This document shows, piece by piece, positions 17,264 through 26,100 of a DNA stretch of 64,000 nt. Under the pieces are notes generated by a model. It searched no databases. It was not told the origin of the DNA and saw only the letters and a list, made by a program, of their open reading frames with translations. The position numbers and the translations under genes were made by a program. The stretch is from the NCBI GenBank assembly GCA_963778755.1, contig CAVZVJ010000011.1, positions 10,226 through 74,225 on the forward strand. Reading direction: 5' to 3'. Source of the DNA: an uncultured Acidobacteriota bacterium. Lineage in GTDB: Bacteria; Actinomycetota; Acidimicrobiia; Spongiisociales; ZC4RG35. Numbering within the stretch: the stretch's first letter is position 1; each line of letters opens with the position of its first letter.

Positions 17264-18340
17264 TCAGACCTTCACCCGATAGCGCGCGAGGATCTCGGCC
17301 GTTCTGTCGAGAGGCAGGGCGTGAGCGACTCTCCCCGACCTCCCGGTGGTCGTCTCGGCTGCGAACAGGGCATTGACGATCGACTCCTCGGTGGCGTCGA
17401 CCACGGCATGAAACAGCGGGTCCATGACCTCGTTGGGCAGGGTGGTCACGGTTCGGGCCTTGCCGGGGTTGCGCTCGAGATGGTTGGCGGTCGAGAACGC
17501 AATGAACAGGTCGCCACTGGAGTCGTGCCCGTAACCGCCGACCCGGCCAACTCCAACCGTCGCTCGTTGCGCAAGGCGTTTGCACTGACCGGAGATCAGG
17601 GGGGCGTCCGTGGCGATCACGACGATTATCGAGCCCCCGTTAGTCGGCCCCACGCCAAGGGCGGGAACCTCATCGGTTCCGATCAGTGCCCCTACCGGCA
17701 CCCCGTCGATGCGGAAGTCCTCCCGCAACCCGTAATTCACCTGCACCAGGACACCGACTACATGGCGCGCGCCGCAAATGTCCACCGCCCTCGAAGAGGT
17801 GCCGATCCCCGACTTGAACTCGTGACAGATCATCCCGGTGCCACCTCCGACGCATCCCTCGGCCACGGTGCCAGTGGCCGCTGAGGAGAGGGCCGCCGCC
17901 GCATCATCTTCCGTCAGAGCAAACGCCTCCGCTTCGTTGAGATCTGAGTCGTCGGTCTCTCCCACCACGGGAAGCAGAAAATCGTCGACCACCCCGAGGT
18001 TCACTCCCTCCTTCGTCAAGAAGTCGCGCACCATCCCCACCTGGAAGGTGTTGGTGATCCCGATCGGCGAGCCCAGCATCCCCGATTCTTCCACCCAGGC
18101 GAGACCGGTCATCTCACCGTTGCCGTTGAAAACGTGGGAGCCGGCGTAGACGTAATCGGTCCAGATCTCGCCGTCGCGGGGGACGACCATCGTGATCCCG
18201 CTCCGGATCACATGAGGCGAATCCCTGACCACCGTGGCATGTCCGACCAATACGCCCGGAACATCGGTGATCGCATTCGATGGCCCGGTAGGCAGCTTTC
18301 CGATTCCATCACTCATATCACGCAGCCTGGCCTTCAACAC
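17264..18340 (-). CDS. DmpA/P1-family (S58) aminopeptidase
   Basis: NAITDVPGVLVGH, FNGNGEMTG, EGCVGGGTGM, GGSIIVVIATDAP, SSGDLFIAFST. Confidence 0.88.
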   Translation of the reverse strand: MLKARLRDMSDGIGKLPTGPSNAITDVPGVLVGHATVVRDSPHVIRSGITMVVPRDGEIWTDYVYAGSHVFNGNGEMTGLAWVEESGMLGSPIGITNTFQVGMVRDFLTKEGVNLGVVDDFLLPVVGETDDSDLNEAEAFALTEDDAAAALSSAATGTVAEGCVGGGTGMICHEFKSGIGTSSRAVDICGARHVVGVLVQVNYGLREDFRIDGVPVGALIGTDEVPALGVGPTNGGSIIVVIATDAPLISGQCKRLAQRATVGVGRVGGYGHDSSGDLFIAFSTANHLERNPGKARTVTTLPNEVMDPLFHAVVDATEESIVNALFAAETTTGRSGRVAHALPLDRTAEILARYRVKV

Positions 18341-18390
18341 ACCTTCCCTTCACAGCGAACGGTAACCGGAGGCCTAACGTCAGGTCACTG

Positions 18391-19722
18391 ATGACCCCGG
18401 ACCGTGATTCGATGAGCTCCGTCTTCCACCGCGGCTCGGGGTCTCTCCCAACTGCCACAACAGCAAGCGGATCCTGGGTGACCGACGCCGAGGGGAAGCC
18501 GTATCTGGACGCCGCCGGAGGAGCGATCGTGGTCGGGATCGGCCACGGTGTCCCCGAGGTCGCAGAAGCAATGGCTGCCCAAGCTGGAAATCTGGCGTAC
18601 GTCCATGGCTCGGCTTTCACGACGGAGCCATTGGAGGCCTATGCCTCTGAGCTGGCGGCAATTGTGCCCATGGACAGAGCCAGAGTGTTCCCGGTCTCCG
18701 GCGGATCGGAGGCGATGGAGAGCGCCTTGAAGATGGCTCGGGCGTACCACCTCGCCAAGAACCGCCCGGAACGGGCCGTCATCATCGCTCGGGGAGCCTC
18801 CTATCACGGAAACACCCGCGGGGCGCTCGATGTCTCCGGACGGGAGCCCCTCCGCCGGCCGTACGAGCCGTGGCTGGGCCAGACCAGGCGAGTCCCCGGT
18901 GTCACCGAGTACCGATGCCCCAATCCCGGACATCCGAACGGATGTGCGGAGTGGCATGCCAGTCAACTGGAGGCGGCCATCGCCGCGGAAGGGCCGGAGC
19001 GGGTTGCGGCGTTCGTCGCCGAGCCGATCGGAGGGGCTGCCAGCGGGGCGGCCCTCCCCCCAAACGGCTATTGGGACGCCATCGCAGAACTTTGTCGCCG
19101 ACACGACATCCTGGTCATTGCCGACGAGGTGATGACCGGATTCGGGAGGACAGGGGAATGGTTCGCCGCCGATCACTTCGGGCTGCGGCCGGACATTCTG
19201 GTCTCTGCCAAAGGCGCCTCCAGCGGGTATTGGCCCTTGGGCCTGGCGATCACCTCGGGTGACGTCCACGACACCATCGTGGGCGGCGGCGGCCTGATCC
19301 ACGGCTTCACCTGGTCCCACCATCCGGTCGGAGCAGCCGTTGGCTTGGCGGTGCTGGACCGGATTCGCGGGCTACGACTGATCGACCGGGCACGGACCCA
19401 GGGTGAGCGCTTGCTCCTGGCACTGCGCTCGGCGCTCGGGGACCATCCCCGAGTTGGCGACATCAGAGGAACCGGGCTCCTGCTTTGTGTGGAACTGGTC
19501 GCCGACCGTGACACCAAGACGCCGTTCGCCCGATCCGAACAGGTCACCGAGCAAACGCTTCTGAGGGCCCGGGAGAGCGGTCTCTTGCTGTATCCGTCGA
19601 CGGGCAACGCCGATGGAGTCAATGGGGACTATCTCCTCATCGGCCCGCCTCTGACCGTCACCGATGACGAGGTGGATCTGATAGTCGATCGGCTGTCGAC
19701 GACGCTGGGCGCCCTTCGATGA
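18391..19722 (+). CDS. Class III PLP aminotransferase
   Basis: YLDAAGGA, SGGSEAMESALK, SYHG, FVAEP, IADEVMTGFGRTG, SAKG PLP lysine, HGFT. Start may be 18412. Confidence 0.92.
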   Translation: MTPDRDSMSSVFHRGSGSLPTATTASGSWVTDAEGKPYLDAAGGAIVVGIGHGVPEVAEAMAAQAGNLAYVHGSAFTTEPLEAYASELAAIVPMDRARVFPVSGGSEAMESALKMARAYHLAKNRPERAVIIARGASYHGNTRGALDVSGREPLRRPYEPWLGQTRRVPGVTEYRCPNPGHPNGCAEWHASQLEAAIAAEGPERVAAFVAEPIGGAASGAALPPNGYWDAIAELCRRHDILVIADEVMTGFGRTGEWFAADHFGLRPDILVSAKGASSGYWPLGLAITSGDVHDTIVGGGGLIHGFTWSHHPVGAAVGLAVLDRIRGLRLIDRARTQGERLLLALRSALGDHPRVGDIRGTGLLLCVELVADRDTKTPFARSEQVTEQTLLRARESGLLLYPSTGNADGVNGDYLLIGPPLTVTDDEVDLIVDRLSTTLGALR

Positions 19723-20774
19723 GCCTCACCGCGGTCTGGTCTGAGGGATACCTGGCTCACGACGCCAACTGGCTGGTCTGGGTAGGAGTCCGCCTTCCCG
19801 GGGACGAGGAAGCAGATCGCGCCCTCATCATCAAGACCGCCCTGGAACAGGCCGGTGTGCCGATCGTCGAGGCCGTCGCGCATGATCGGAGCAACATCGA
19901 GGCGGTGCACGACCCGGGAATGGTCGACTACCTGGAGACCGCTCACCAACTCTGGGTCGAGGCCGGCTACCCGGAGGAGCCCGGTGTCGACAGAGTCGTG
20001 CCCTATGTCTTCCCGCATCCCGCCGCGGTCCGGTACCAGCCCGGCGTCATCCCCACGAGCAGGGCGGCCATGGCCGGGGTCTATTGCATGGATACCGCCA
20101 CCGTGATCGGCCCCGGGACCTATGCCGGCGCCCGTGCCGCTGTCGACGGGGCGATCACCGCAGCGGAGCTGGTCCGGGGCGGGACCGGCTCGGCCTACGC
20201 CCCGGTCCGACCCCCCGGCCATCACGCCGGGACCTCCTACTTCGGCGGGTCCTGCTACCTGAACAATGCTGCCGTGGCCACGGAATGGCTCGTGAGAAAC
20301 GACACGGGGCGGGTGGCCATCCTCGACATCGACGCCCATCACGGCAATGGGACCCAGGAGATCTTCTACGAGCGCGCTGACGTCCTCTACACCTCGACCC
20401 ATGTCGACCCGGGCCAAGGTTGGTTTCCCCACTTCTGCGGATTCGAGGGGGAAACCGGCGCCGGGCCAGGACGGGGGGCCAACCTCAACCTGCCGCTGAC
20501 GCCAGGGAGTGGCGACCGCGGCTTTCTCGAAGCCTTGGAACGAGGCTGTGAGGCGATTAAACGATTCAAACCCGACACGTTGGTGGTATCGATGGGGGTG
20601 GACGCCGGGGCCGAAGATCCCGAGAGCCCGCTTCAGGTGACCAACGATGGATTTACAGCGGCCGGGAAAACGATCGCTGCTCTCGGTCTGCCCAGCGTTC
20701 TGATCCAGGAGGGCGGGTATCACCTTGAATCACTTGGGTCGGACGTCATGGCTATCTTGGCCGCCTTCCCGTGA
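19719..20774 (+). CDS. Histone deacetylase-family protein (acetylpolyamine amidohydrolase-like)
   Basis: RPPGHHA, CYLNNAA, DIDAHHGNGTQ, GVD, QEGGY; 4-bp overlap with the aminotransferase. Confidence 0.9.
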   Translation: MSLTAVWSEGYLAHDANWLVWVGVRLPGDEEADRALIIKTALEQAGVPIVEAVAHDRSNIEAVHDPGMVDYLETAHQLWVEAGYPEEPGVDRVVPYVFPHPAAVRYQPGVIPTSRAAMAGVYCMDTATVIGPGTYAGARAAVDGAITAAELVRGGTGSAYAPVRPPGHHAGTSYFGGSCYLNNAAVATEWLVRNDTGRVAILDIDAHHGNGTQEIFYERADVLYTSTHVDPGQGWFPHFCGFEGETGAGPGRGANLNLPLTPGSGDRGFLEALERGCEAIKRFKPDTLVVSMGVDAGAEDPESPLQVTNDGFTAAGKTIAALGLPSVLIQEGGYHLESLGSDVMAILAAFP

Positions 20775-22597
20775 CCCAAGGAGGGTGGGTGACTGACGGA
20801 ATATGGGTGGGCGAAGACGTTCATCGGGGACCTCCAAGCGAGGATCTGGCCGATCGGCCCAAATCCGTGCACTGGCGACTCGAGGATGTGTGGGCCACAG
20901 CCCGGCCTTACCACGCCACGGTTTCCCCGGATGGCTCCGCGGTGGCATTCCTGCTCGACTTCGAGGGAACAACTGACATCTGGTTGGTTGATCTTGAAGG
21001 CCGCCTGTCCCGGCTGACGACGGACCGGGCACTCACCGCATATTGGGAGGATTCGGCGCCGGTCTGGTCGCCGGACAATGATCTGCTCGCGTACAACAGC
21101 GCCGGATGGGTCCACATCGTCAGCGCAGCCACCGGTCTCGGTCAAAGAGTGGTCGAGGGTTCGGCCGGGGCCTGGCTCGACGAAAAGAACCTTCTCATCA
21201 TCGTCGAGCACGACCACCTTTCCTGGCTGGCCGCGGTCGATATCGAGGATCCCGAGTCACCGCCAAAGACCCTGGGCCCCATCGACGGCGATGTCCACGA
21301 CCCGCAGGTGGCCGACGACGGAAGGGTGTTGGCCACCTATTTGCCCAAGGACGACCTCAACCGCTCCGACCTGATCCTGGTTGCAGCCGATGGGTCGTGG
21401 GTCACCGTTGTCGGCCACCCGGATCGGCGTGCCGAGGCGGCACGGCCCCGTGGCGGCCAGATCGCATACGTATTCGAGGACGAAGATCGGTTCTCGCTCT
21501 TCGTCTCCGATATCGACGGCAGCAACCCAAAGCGGCTTGCAACCGGTGACCTCGACTTTGGGGCTCCGGAGTGGATGCCAGACGGGAGCGGTCTGGTGGC
21601 CAGGGGCGCCCATCGCGGGCAGACCGACCTCATGACTGTGGGTCTCGATGGCTCGACCGAGGTTCTCGCCGCGGGAGGGGCCTGGGGGTCGCCACATCCT
21701 TCTTCGGACGGGGTTGTCGCCACTCATGAGTCGTGGGGATCACCACCACGGCTGAAGCTGCTGAGACCTGATGGCAAGGAAGTGACCCTCTACGACGGGG
21801 TGCCCACAGCGATTCGGCATGCCACCCACGTGTTGCCGGAGCGAATCACCTACAAGTCGCTGGACGGTTTGGAGATCGAAGGGTTCTTGTTCAAGCCGAG
21901 CCGATCATCACATCCGGTTCCAGCCGTGCTCTATGCCCACGGTGGGCCCACCGACGCCTACGCGGACGAATGGGATGGGCAGGCCCAGCACTTCATAGAG
22001 AACGGATATGGATGGCTCACGATCAATTTCCGGGGGTCGACCTCGTATGGCCTGGAATTCGAGCGGGCCAACCACGGTGACTGCGGGATTGGCGACGCCG
22101 GTGACTGCATCGCAGGCGGCAAATTCCTTCGGGGGTTGGATTGGGTCGATCCCGATCGAATCGCCATCTTCGGTGCCAGTTATGGAGCGTATTTGACCCT
22201 CGCCGCGCTCGTTCACCCCGAGAACCCATTCGTGTGCGGTATCGCCAAATACGGCGACTTCAACATGCTCACCTCTTGGGACCAGACCGACAGCGTGGGC
22301 CACGCCGAATTTCTTCGGTTGTACGGGCATCCCGACAAGAACCCGGAGGCATACCGGACAGGCTCACCGATTCATGGGGTGCCCAACCTGACGGCGCCGA
22401 TCCTCATCGCCCAGGGCCTCAAGGACCCTCGTATCCACCCGAAGCAGGCCGACGAATTGGTCGAGGCGTTGGAACGCAACGGCAAGACCTACGAATACGT
22501 CAGCTATCCCACCGAGGCGCACGGCCTTCTCCGCCGTGAGCCACAGCTTCATTTCTACCGCCGTCTCGGCCGATTTCTGGACTGGCACACCAGATAG
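20771..22597 (+). CDS. S9-family prolyl oligopeptidase/acylaminoacyl peptidase
   Basis: N-terminal propeller repeats, HGGP, GASYG nucleophile, QGLKDPRI Asp, EAHG His. Confidence 0.9.
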   Translation: MTQGGWVTDGIWVGEDVHRGPPSEDLADRPKSVHWRLEDVWATARPYHATVSPDGSAVAFLLDFEGTTDIWLVDLEGRLSRLTTDRALTAYWEDSAPVWSPDNDLLAYNSAGWVHIVSAATGLGQRVVEGSAGAWLDEKNLLIIVEHDHLSWLAAVDIEDPESPPKTLGPIDGDVHDPQVADDGRVLATYLPKDDLNRSDLILVAADGSWVTVVGHPDRRAEAARPRGGQIAYVFEDEDRFSLFVSDIDGSNPKRLATGDLDFGAPEWMPDGSGLVARGAHRGQTDLMTVGLDGSTEVLAAGGAWGSPHPSSDGVVATHESWGSPPRLKLLRPDGKEVTLYDGVPTAIRHATHVLPERITYKSLDGLEIEGFLFKPSRSSHPVPAVLYAHGGPTDAYADEWDGQAQHFIENGYGWLTINFRGSTSYGLEFERANHGDCGIGDAGDCIAGGKFLRGLDWVDPDRIAIFGASYGAYLTLAALVHPENPFVCGIAKYGDFNMLTSWDQTDSVGHAEFLRLYGHPDKNPEAYRTGSPIHGVPNLTAPILIAQGLKDPRIHPKQADELVEALERNGKTYEYVSYPTEAHGLLRREPQLHFYRRLGRFLDWHTR

Positions 22598-22649
22598 ACC
22601 TGAGGCTGGTTTCCTCAAGCAAAAGGCCAAAACAGCCGATTTTTCCCTC

Positions 22650-24128
22650 ATGGCGACCCGCGCCCCGAAAGGGACCCGACCGTCTCGCTGGTGGATCGCG
22701 CTGGCGGCGGTCTTTGCAACTCTGTCCATCGCCGTCGCTGTCGCCGCGATCGTGCATCAGCACAACGCCGGCCGACCGATCGGTGAAGGCCAATTGTTCC
22801 TCGCCGACGCTCAACTGGGCTCCGCTCAGATCAACGAGGCGGTTGATTCGGGAGTCGGTCCCAACGAAGCGGTGCGGCATCTGAGGAACGTGCTCGGGAT
22901 CGAAGGCGTTGCCCTGGTCGACTCGACAGGCACCATCACCGCCGCCACTTCGGATCCCTTGATCGGGAAGCAAGTCGACAACCCGGTCCTGGCTTACGCC
23001 CTGGATTCGGGGCGATTCGCTGCGGTGGCCGCCCCCATCGACCAGGACCTGAGGATCGACGGAGTGCCCGAATGGCAGACCGGCGACGCCCTCTACCTGG
23101 CAATGCTCCCCGGCGCAGAGGGCCGGCCGTCGCTCCTTCTCTACTACGACATCTCCGAGCTCTTGGCGAGGCGTGCCGGGGCGCTCGGAATCCAGACCGC
23201 CACCGTGCAGTTGGCGGCGGTCGCTCTGCTCTTCGCGATCGCCGGACTGGCTGTGATGATCGGCCGCTATCACTCGGTCCAGCGCTACCGGGAGATGGCT
23301 CTCGAAGCCGAGTTCCTCCGCAAGAACTCAGAGTCACTGCAAATCCACAATGCGGAATTGGAAGTGGCGCGGCATAACGCAGAGGCAGCGCTCACCCTGG
23401 CCGAGGAAAAGAACCGGATCCGCGCCGAGTTCGTCCTCATGATCAACCACGAGTTGCGAACTCCACTGACCAGCGTCGTGACCGGCGCCGAATTGCTCCT
23501 CATGACCGACACCGACGGAGCCGACCGTTATGAGATCCTCGAGGCCCTGGTCCATGACGGCAGAAGGTTGCAGACGATGATCGATCAGCTGCTGGCCGTG
23601 GCAAGAGTCGAGAATCGGGGCCTCTCGTTTGCTCCCCAGCCGGTGAAGTTCGCCAAGGTCTGTGACACGGTGGCGCTCTCGCACTCCAGAGTGATCTCGA
23701 GTCATGGCCCTGACTGCCACACCGCCGACCATGACCCGACGGTCATGACCGACCTTCAGACGCTGAGCAATCTGGCCTCCTCGCTCGCTGACAACGCCTT
23801 CACCCACGGAGCTCGCAACGTGAGGATCCACTGCAGCACGAACGAAGTGCATGAGCCTCATTTCGTCGTGGGCACTCCTCCGGAATCCGCCGTCTATCTG
23901 TCCATCAGCGACGACGGCCCCGGCATCCGCCCCGAATTCCTCCCCCGAGCCTTCGAGAAATTCGAAAAGGACAGCCGAAGCTCGGGCACTGGCTTGGGCC
24001 TCTATATGGCCCGTCTCATGGCAGAAGCCATGGGTGCCTCGCTATTGGTGTGGACCTCGTTCGAGGGAACCACGTTCACCATTGCCTTGCCGCTGGCCAG
24101 AGTCACAGCCCAGCTCGGGGCGGCATGA
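22650..24128 (+). CDS. Membrane sensor histidine kinase (orphan)
   Basis: Two TM with a periplasmic domain, INHELRTPL, LADNAFTHG, SDDGPGI, GTGLGL; ATG 22650 chosen. Confidence 0.88.
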   Translation: MATRAPKGTRPSRWWIALAAVFATLSIAVAVAAIVHQHNAGRPIGEGQLFLADAQLGSAQINEAVDSGVGPNEAVRHLRNVLGIEGVALVDSTGTITAATSDPLIGKQVDNPVLAYALDSGRFAAVAAPIDQDLRIDGVPEWQTGDALYLAMLPGAEGRPSLLLYYDISELLARRAGALGIQTATVQLAAVALLFAIAGLAVMIGRYHSVQRYREMALEAEFLRKNSESLQIHNAELEVARHNAEAALTLAEEKNRIRAEFVLMINHELRTPLTSVVTGAELLLMTDTDGADRYEILEALVHDGRRLQTMIDQLLAVARVENRGLSFAPQPVKFAKVCDTVALSHSRVISSHGPDCHTADHDPTVMTDLQTLSNLASSLADNAFTHGARNVRIHCSTNEVHEPHFVVGTPPESAVYLSISDDGPGIRPEFLPRAFEKFEKDSRSSGTGLGLYMARLMAEAMGASLLVWTSFEGTTFTIALPLARVTAQLGAA

Positions 24129-24499
24129 GAAAGGTCGCCATCCTCGTTGCCATCCTCGCGGTAACCGCCTGCCAGGGACCGACCGGCTCCTCCGCCGACG
24201 TCGATGTTTACGAGTTCAACATCGAGCCTTCGATCACCAACTTCGACGCGGGGACCGTGACCCTCAACGTCGATAACGAGGGAGAGTACGGACACACCCT
24301 GGTGATCACCGATGCCGGCGGCCACGTCCTTCATGCGGGGGGAGTGATCCCCCCCGGGGAAACCGCCCAAGTGTCAATCGACCTGGCCCCGGGCAAATAT
24401 TCGTTCACCTGCCGGATCGTCGCCCAGGACGACCAAGGCAATGTCATCGACCACTATGAACAGGGCATGTCTGCCGAAGTGGTGGTCAGGCCGGGCTGA
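24125..24499 (+). CDS. Cupredoxin-domain lipoprotein
   Basis: VTAC lipobox; HTL...CRIV...HYEQGM Cu ligand pattern; 4-bp overlap with the kinase. Confidence 0.8.
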   Translation: MRKVAILVAILAVTACQGPTGSSADVDVYEFNIEPSITNFDAGTVTLNVDNEGEYGHTLVITDAGGHVLHAGGVIPPGETAQVSIDLAPGKYSFTCRIVAQDDQGNVIDHYEQGMSAEVVVRPG

Positions 24500-24547
24500 G
24501 TTTTTTCTGAGGCTGCACAGGCACCGATTCATCGGTACCTTCGAGTT

Positions 24548-25228
24548 GTGACCTCGCCCCCCCGGCTCGCCATGGGCCTGTTTCGACCGATCGCTCGCAA
24601 CTACGAGAGGTGGGCGGCGATCCTCAGTCTGGGCCAGGACGGAAGATGGCGACGCCGCCTGGTCTCCTCCCTCCACATTCCTCAGGGCTCGCTGGTCCTC
24701 GACGTGGCCGCTGGGACGGGCTCGATCACGCGGCTTCTCCAAGCGAGTGGCTATCGGGTGGTCTCTCTGGACCAGAGCCGCGAGATGCTCGACGAACTCG
24801 ACGCGCCCGGTTCTCTCCGCCTTCTGGCGACTGCCGAAAGACTGCCAATCGGCGACGCAACCGTCGACGGTCTCACCGCCGGGTACCTGCTGCGGTACGT
24901 CGAGGACCTCTCCCTGGCCATGGACGAATTGGCCCGCGTGGTGAGACCAGGGGGCATGGTCGCCATGCTCGAATTCGGACGGCCGCAAGGGATATGGGGC
25001 CCATTGTGGTGGTTCTACACAAGGTTCACCTTGCCCATCGCCGGGTCTGTGGTCGGCGGCGGCTGGGGCCGAGTGGGCAGGTTTCTCGGGCCCGACATCG
25101 ACAGGTTCTGGACGAGAAACTCGTTGCAGAGCCTGGTTCAGTCATGGGAAGGAGCCGGCATAGGTCAGGTTCGCTGGGAACGGATGTCCCTCGGCGGGGG
25201 CTTCGTGATTTGGGGTATCAAGACGTGA
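24548..25228 (+). CDS. UbiE/MenG-like class I SAM methyltransferase
   Basis: IARNYE...LSLGQDGRWRR, LDVAAGTG, ARVVRPGG...LEFGRP. Confidence 0.82.
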   Translation: MTSPPRLAMGLFRPIARNYERWAAILSLGQDGRWRRRLVSSLHIPQGSLVLDVAAGTGSITRLLQASGYRVVSLDQSREMLDELDAPGSLRLLATAERLPIGDATVDGLTAGYLLRYVEDLSLAMDELARVVRPGGMVAMLEFGRPQGIWGPLWWFYTRFTLPIAGSVVGGGWGRVGRFLGPDIDRFWTRNSLQSLVQSWEGAGIGQVRWERMSLGGGFVIWGIKT

Positions 25229-25917
25229 CTGATTCACGTGCCTTCTACGCCCGCTCCGGATCGGCGTGGGACGACCTGGTGACGATGCTCCATCTTCCGT
25301 ACACCGTCTGGCATCTCTCCTACGTCGCCATCGGAGCCGGCCTGGCCGCCGTGCTCGACTGGAAGATCCTCGCCGGAACGCTCCTCGCCTTCTTCTTCGG
25401 CCTCGGTATCGGCGCCCACGCCCTCGACGAGGTCCACGACCGCCCTCTGCGCACCGGGATCAGCGACGCTGCATTGTGGGCACTCGGGATCGGCGGTCTG
25501 GTTGCCGGTGGCGCCATCGGTGTCGTCGGTGCCTTCGTCATCTCACCGATGCTCCTGGTCTGGGTTGCGATCGGGGTGGTGCTGGCCGCCGGATACGGGC
25601 TGGAGTGGTCTCCGATCCTCCACTCGGACTGGGGGTTCAGCGTGGCGTGGGGTGCTTTCCCGGTCCTGGTCGGCTATTGGGCACAGACAGAGTCCCTTTC
25701 CCTGGCGGCTGTCCTGATTGCATCGGCAACCACCGTCCTGAGTCGAGCCCAACGTGAATTGAGCACCCCGGCACGGAGGATTCGCCGGACCGACGACCCT
25801 GTCGAGGTCTCGGGTTGGACCCGTGACCAATTGTTGTCGACATGGGAACGAGCCCTGCGCCTGATGTCTTTGGCAATGCCGCTTCTTGCCCTCGGATTAC
25901 TGGCCGGGCACCTCTGA
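25225..25917 (+). CDS. Membrane protein with a degenerate UbiA-like Asp motif
   Basis: GTG 25225 overlaps the methyltransferase stop; LHLPYTVWHLSY, AHALDEVHDRPL, 7-8 TM. UbiA relationship is inference. Confidence 0.65.
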   Translation: MTDSRAFYARSGSAWDDLVTMLHLPYTVWHLSYVAIGAGLAAVLDWKILAGTLLAFFFGLGIGAHALDEVHDRPLRTGISDAALWALGIGGLVAGGAIGVVGAFVISPMLLVWVAIGVVLAAGYGLEWSPILHSDWGFSVAWGAFPVLVGYWAQTESLSLAAVLIASATTVLSRAQRELSTPARRIRRTDDPVEVSGWTRDQLLSTWERALRLMSLAMPLLALGLLAGHL

Positions 25918-26100
25918 AGGACTCCGATTCGATGTCGACTTGACATTCGGTGAATTTCGTAGAGTCGAAACGGACCAGGTAGATTCGCCCCCCGTTGTGA
26001 GCAGCGCGGTCCACAAAAGGGGTGATTCGGACCGAGCGCGGCCTGGAGCCGTAGCCTCACCTCGCTGATCAGCGTCGCCAACTGAAAGGACCAACCGACG

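Noticed and set aside
24610-25224. N-terminal 205 aa of the 435-aa ORF 24610..25917
   Set aside because: It is an out-of-frame overlap with the methyltransferase; the real gene starts at GTG 25225.
25940-25965. SigA promoter for hppA (TTGACA...TAGAGT)
   Set aside because: The spacer is only 14 nt, so it is not supportable without TSS data.
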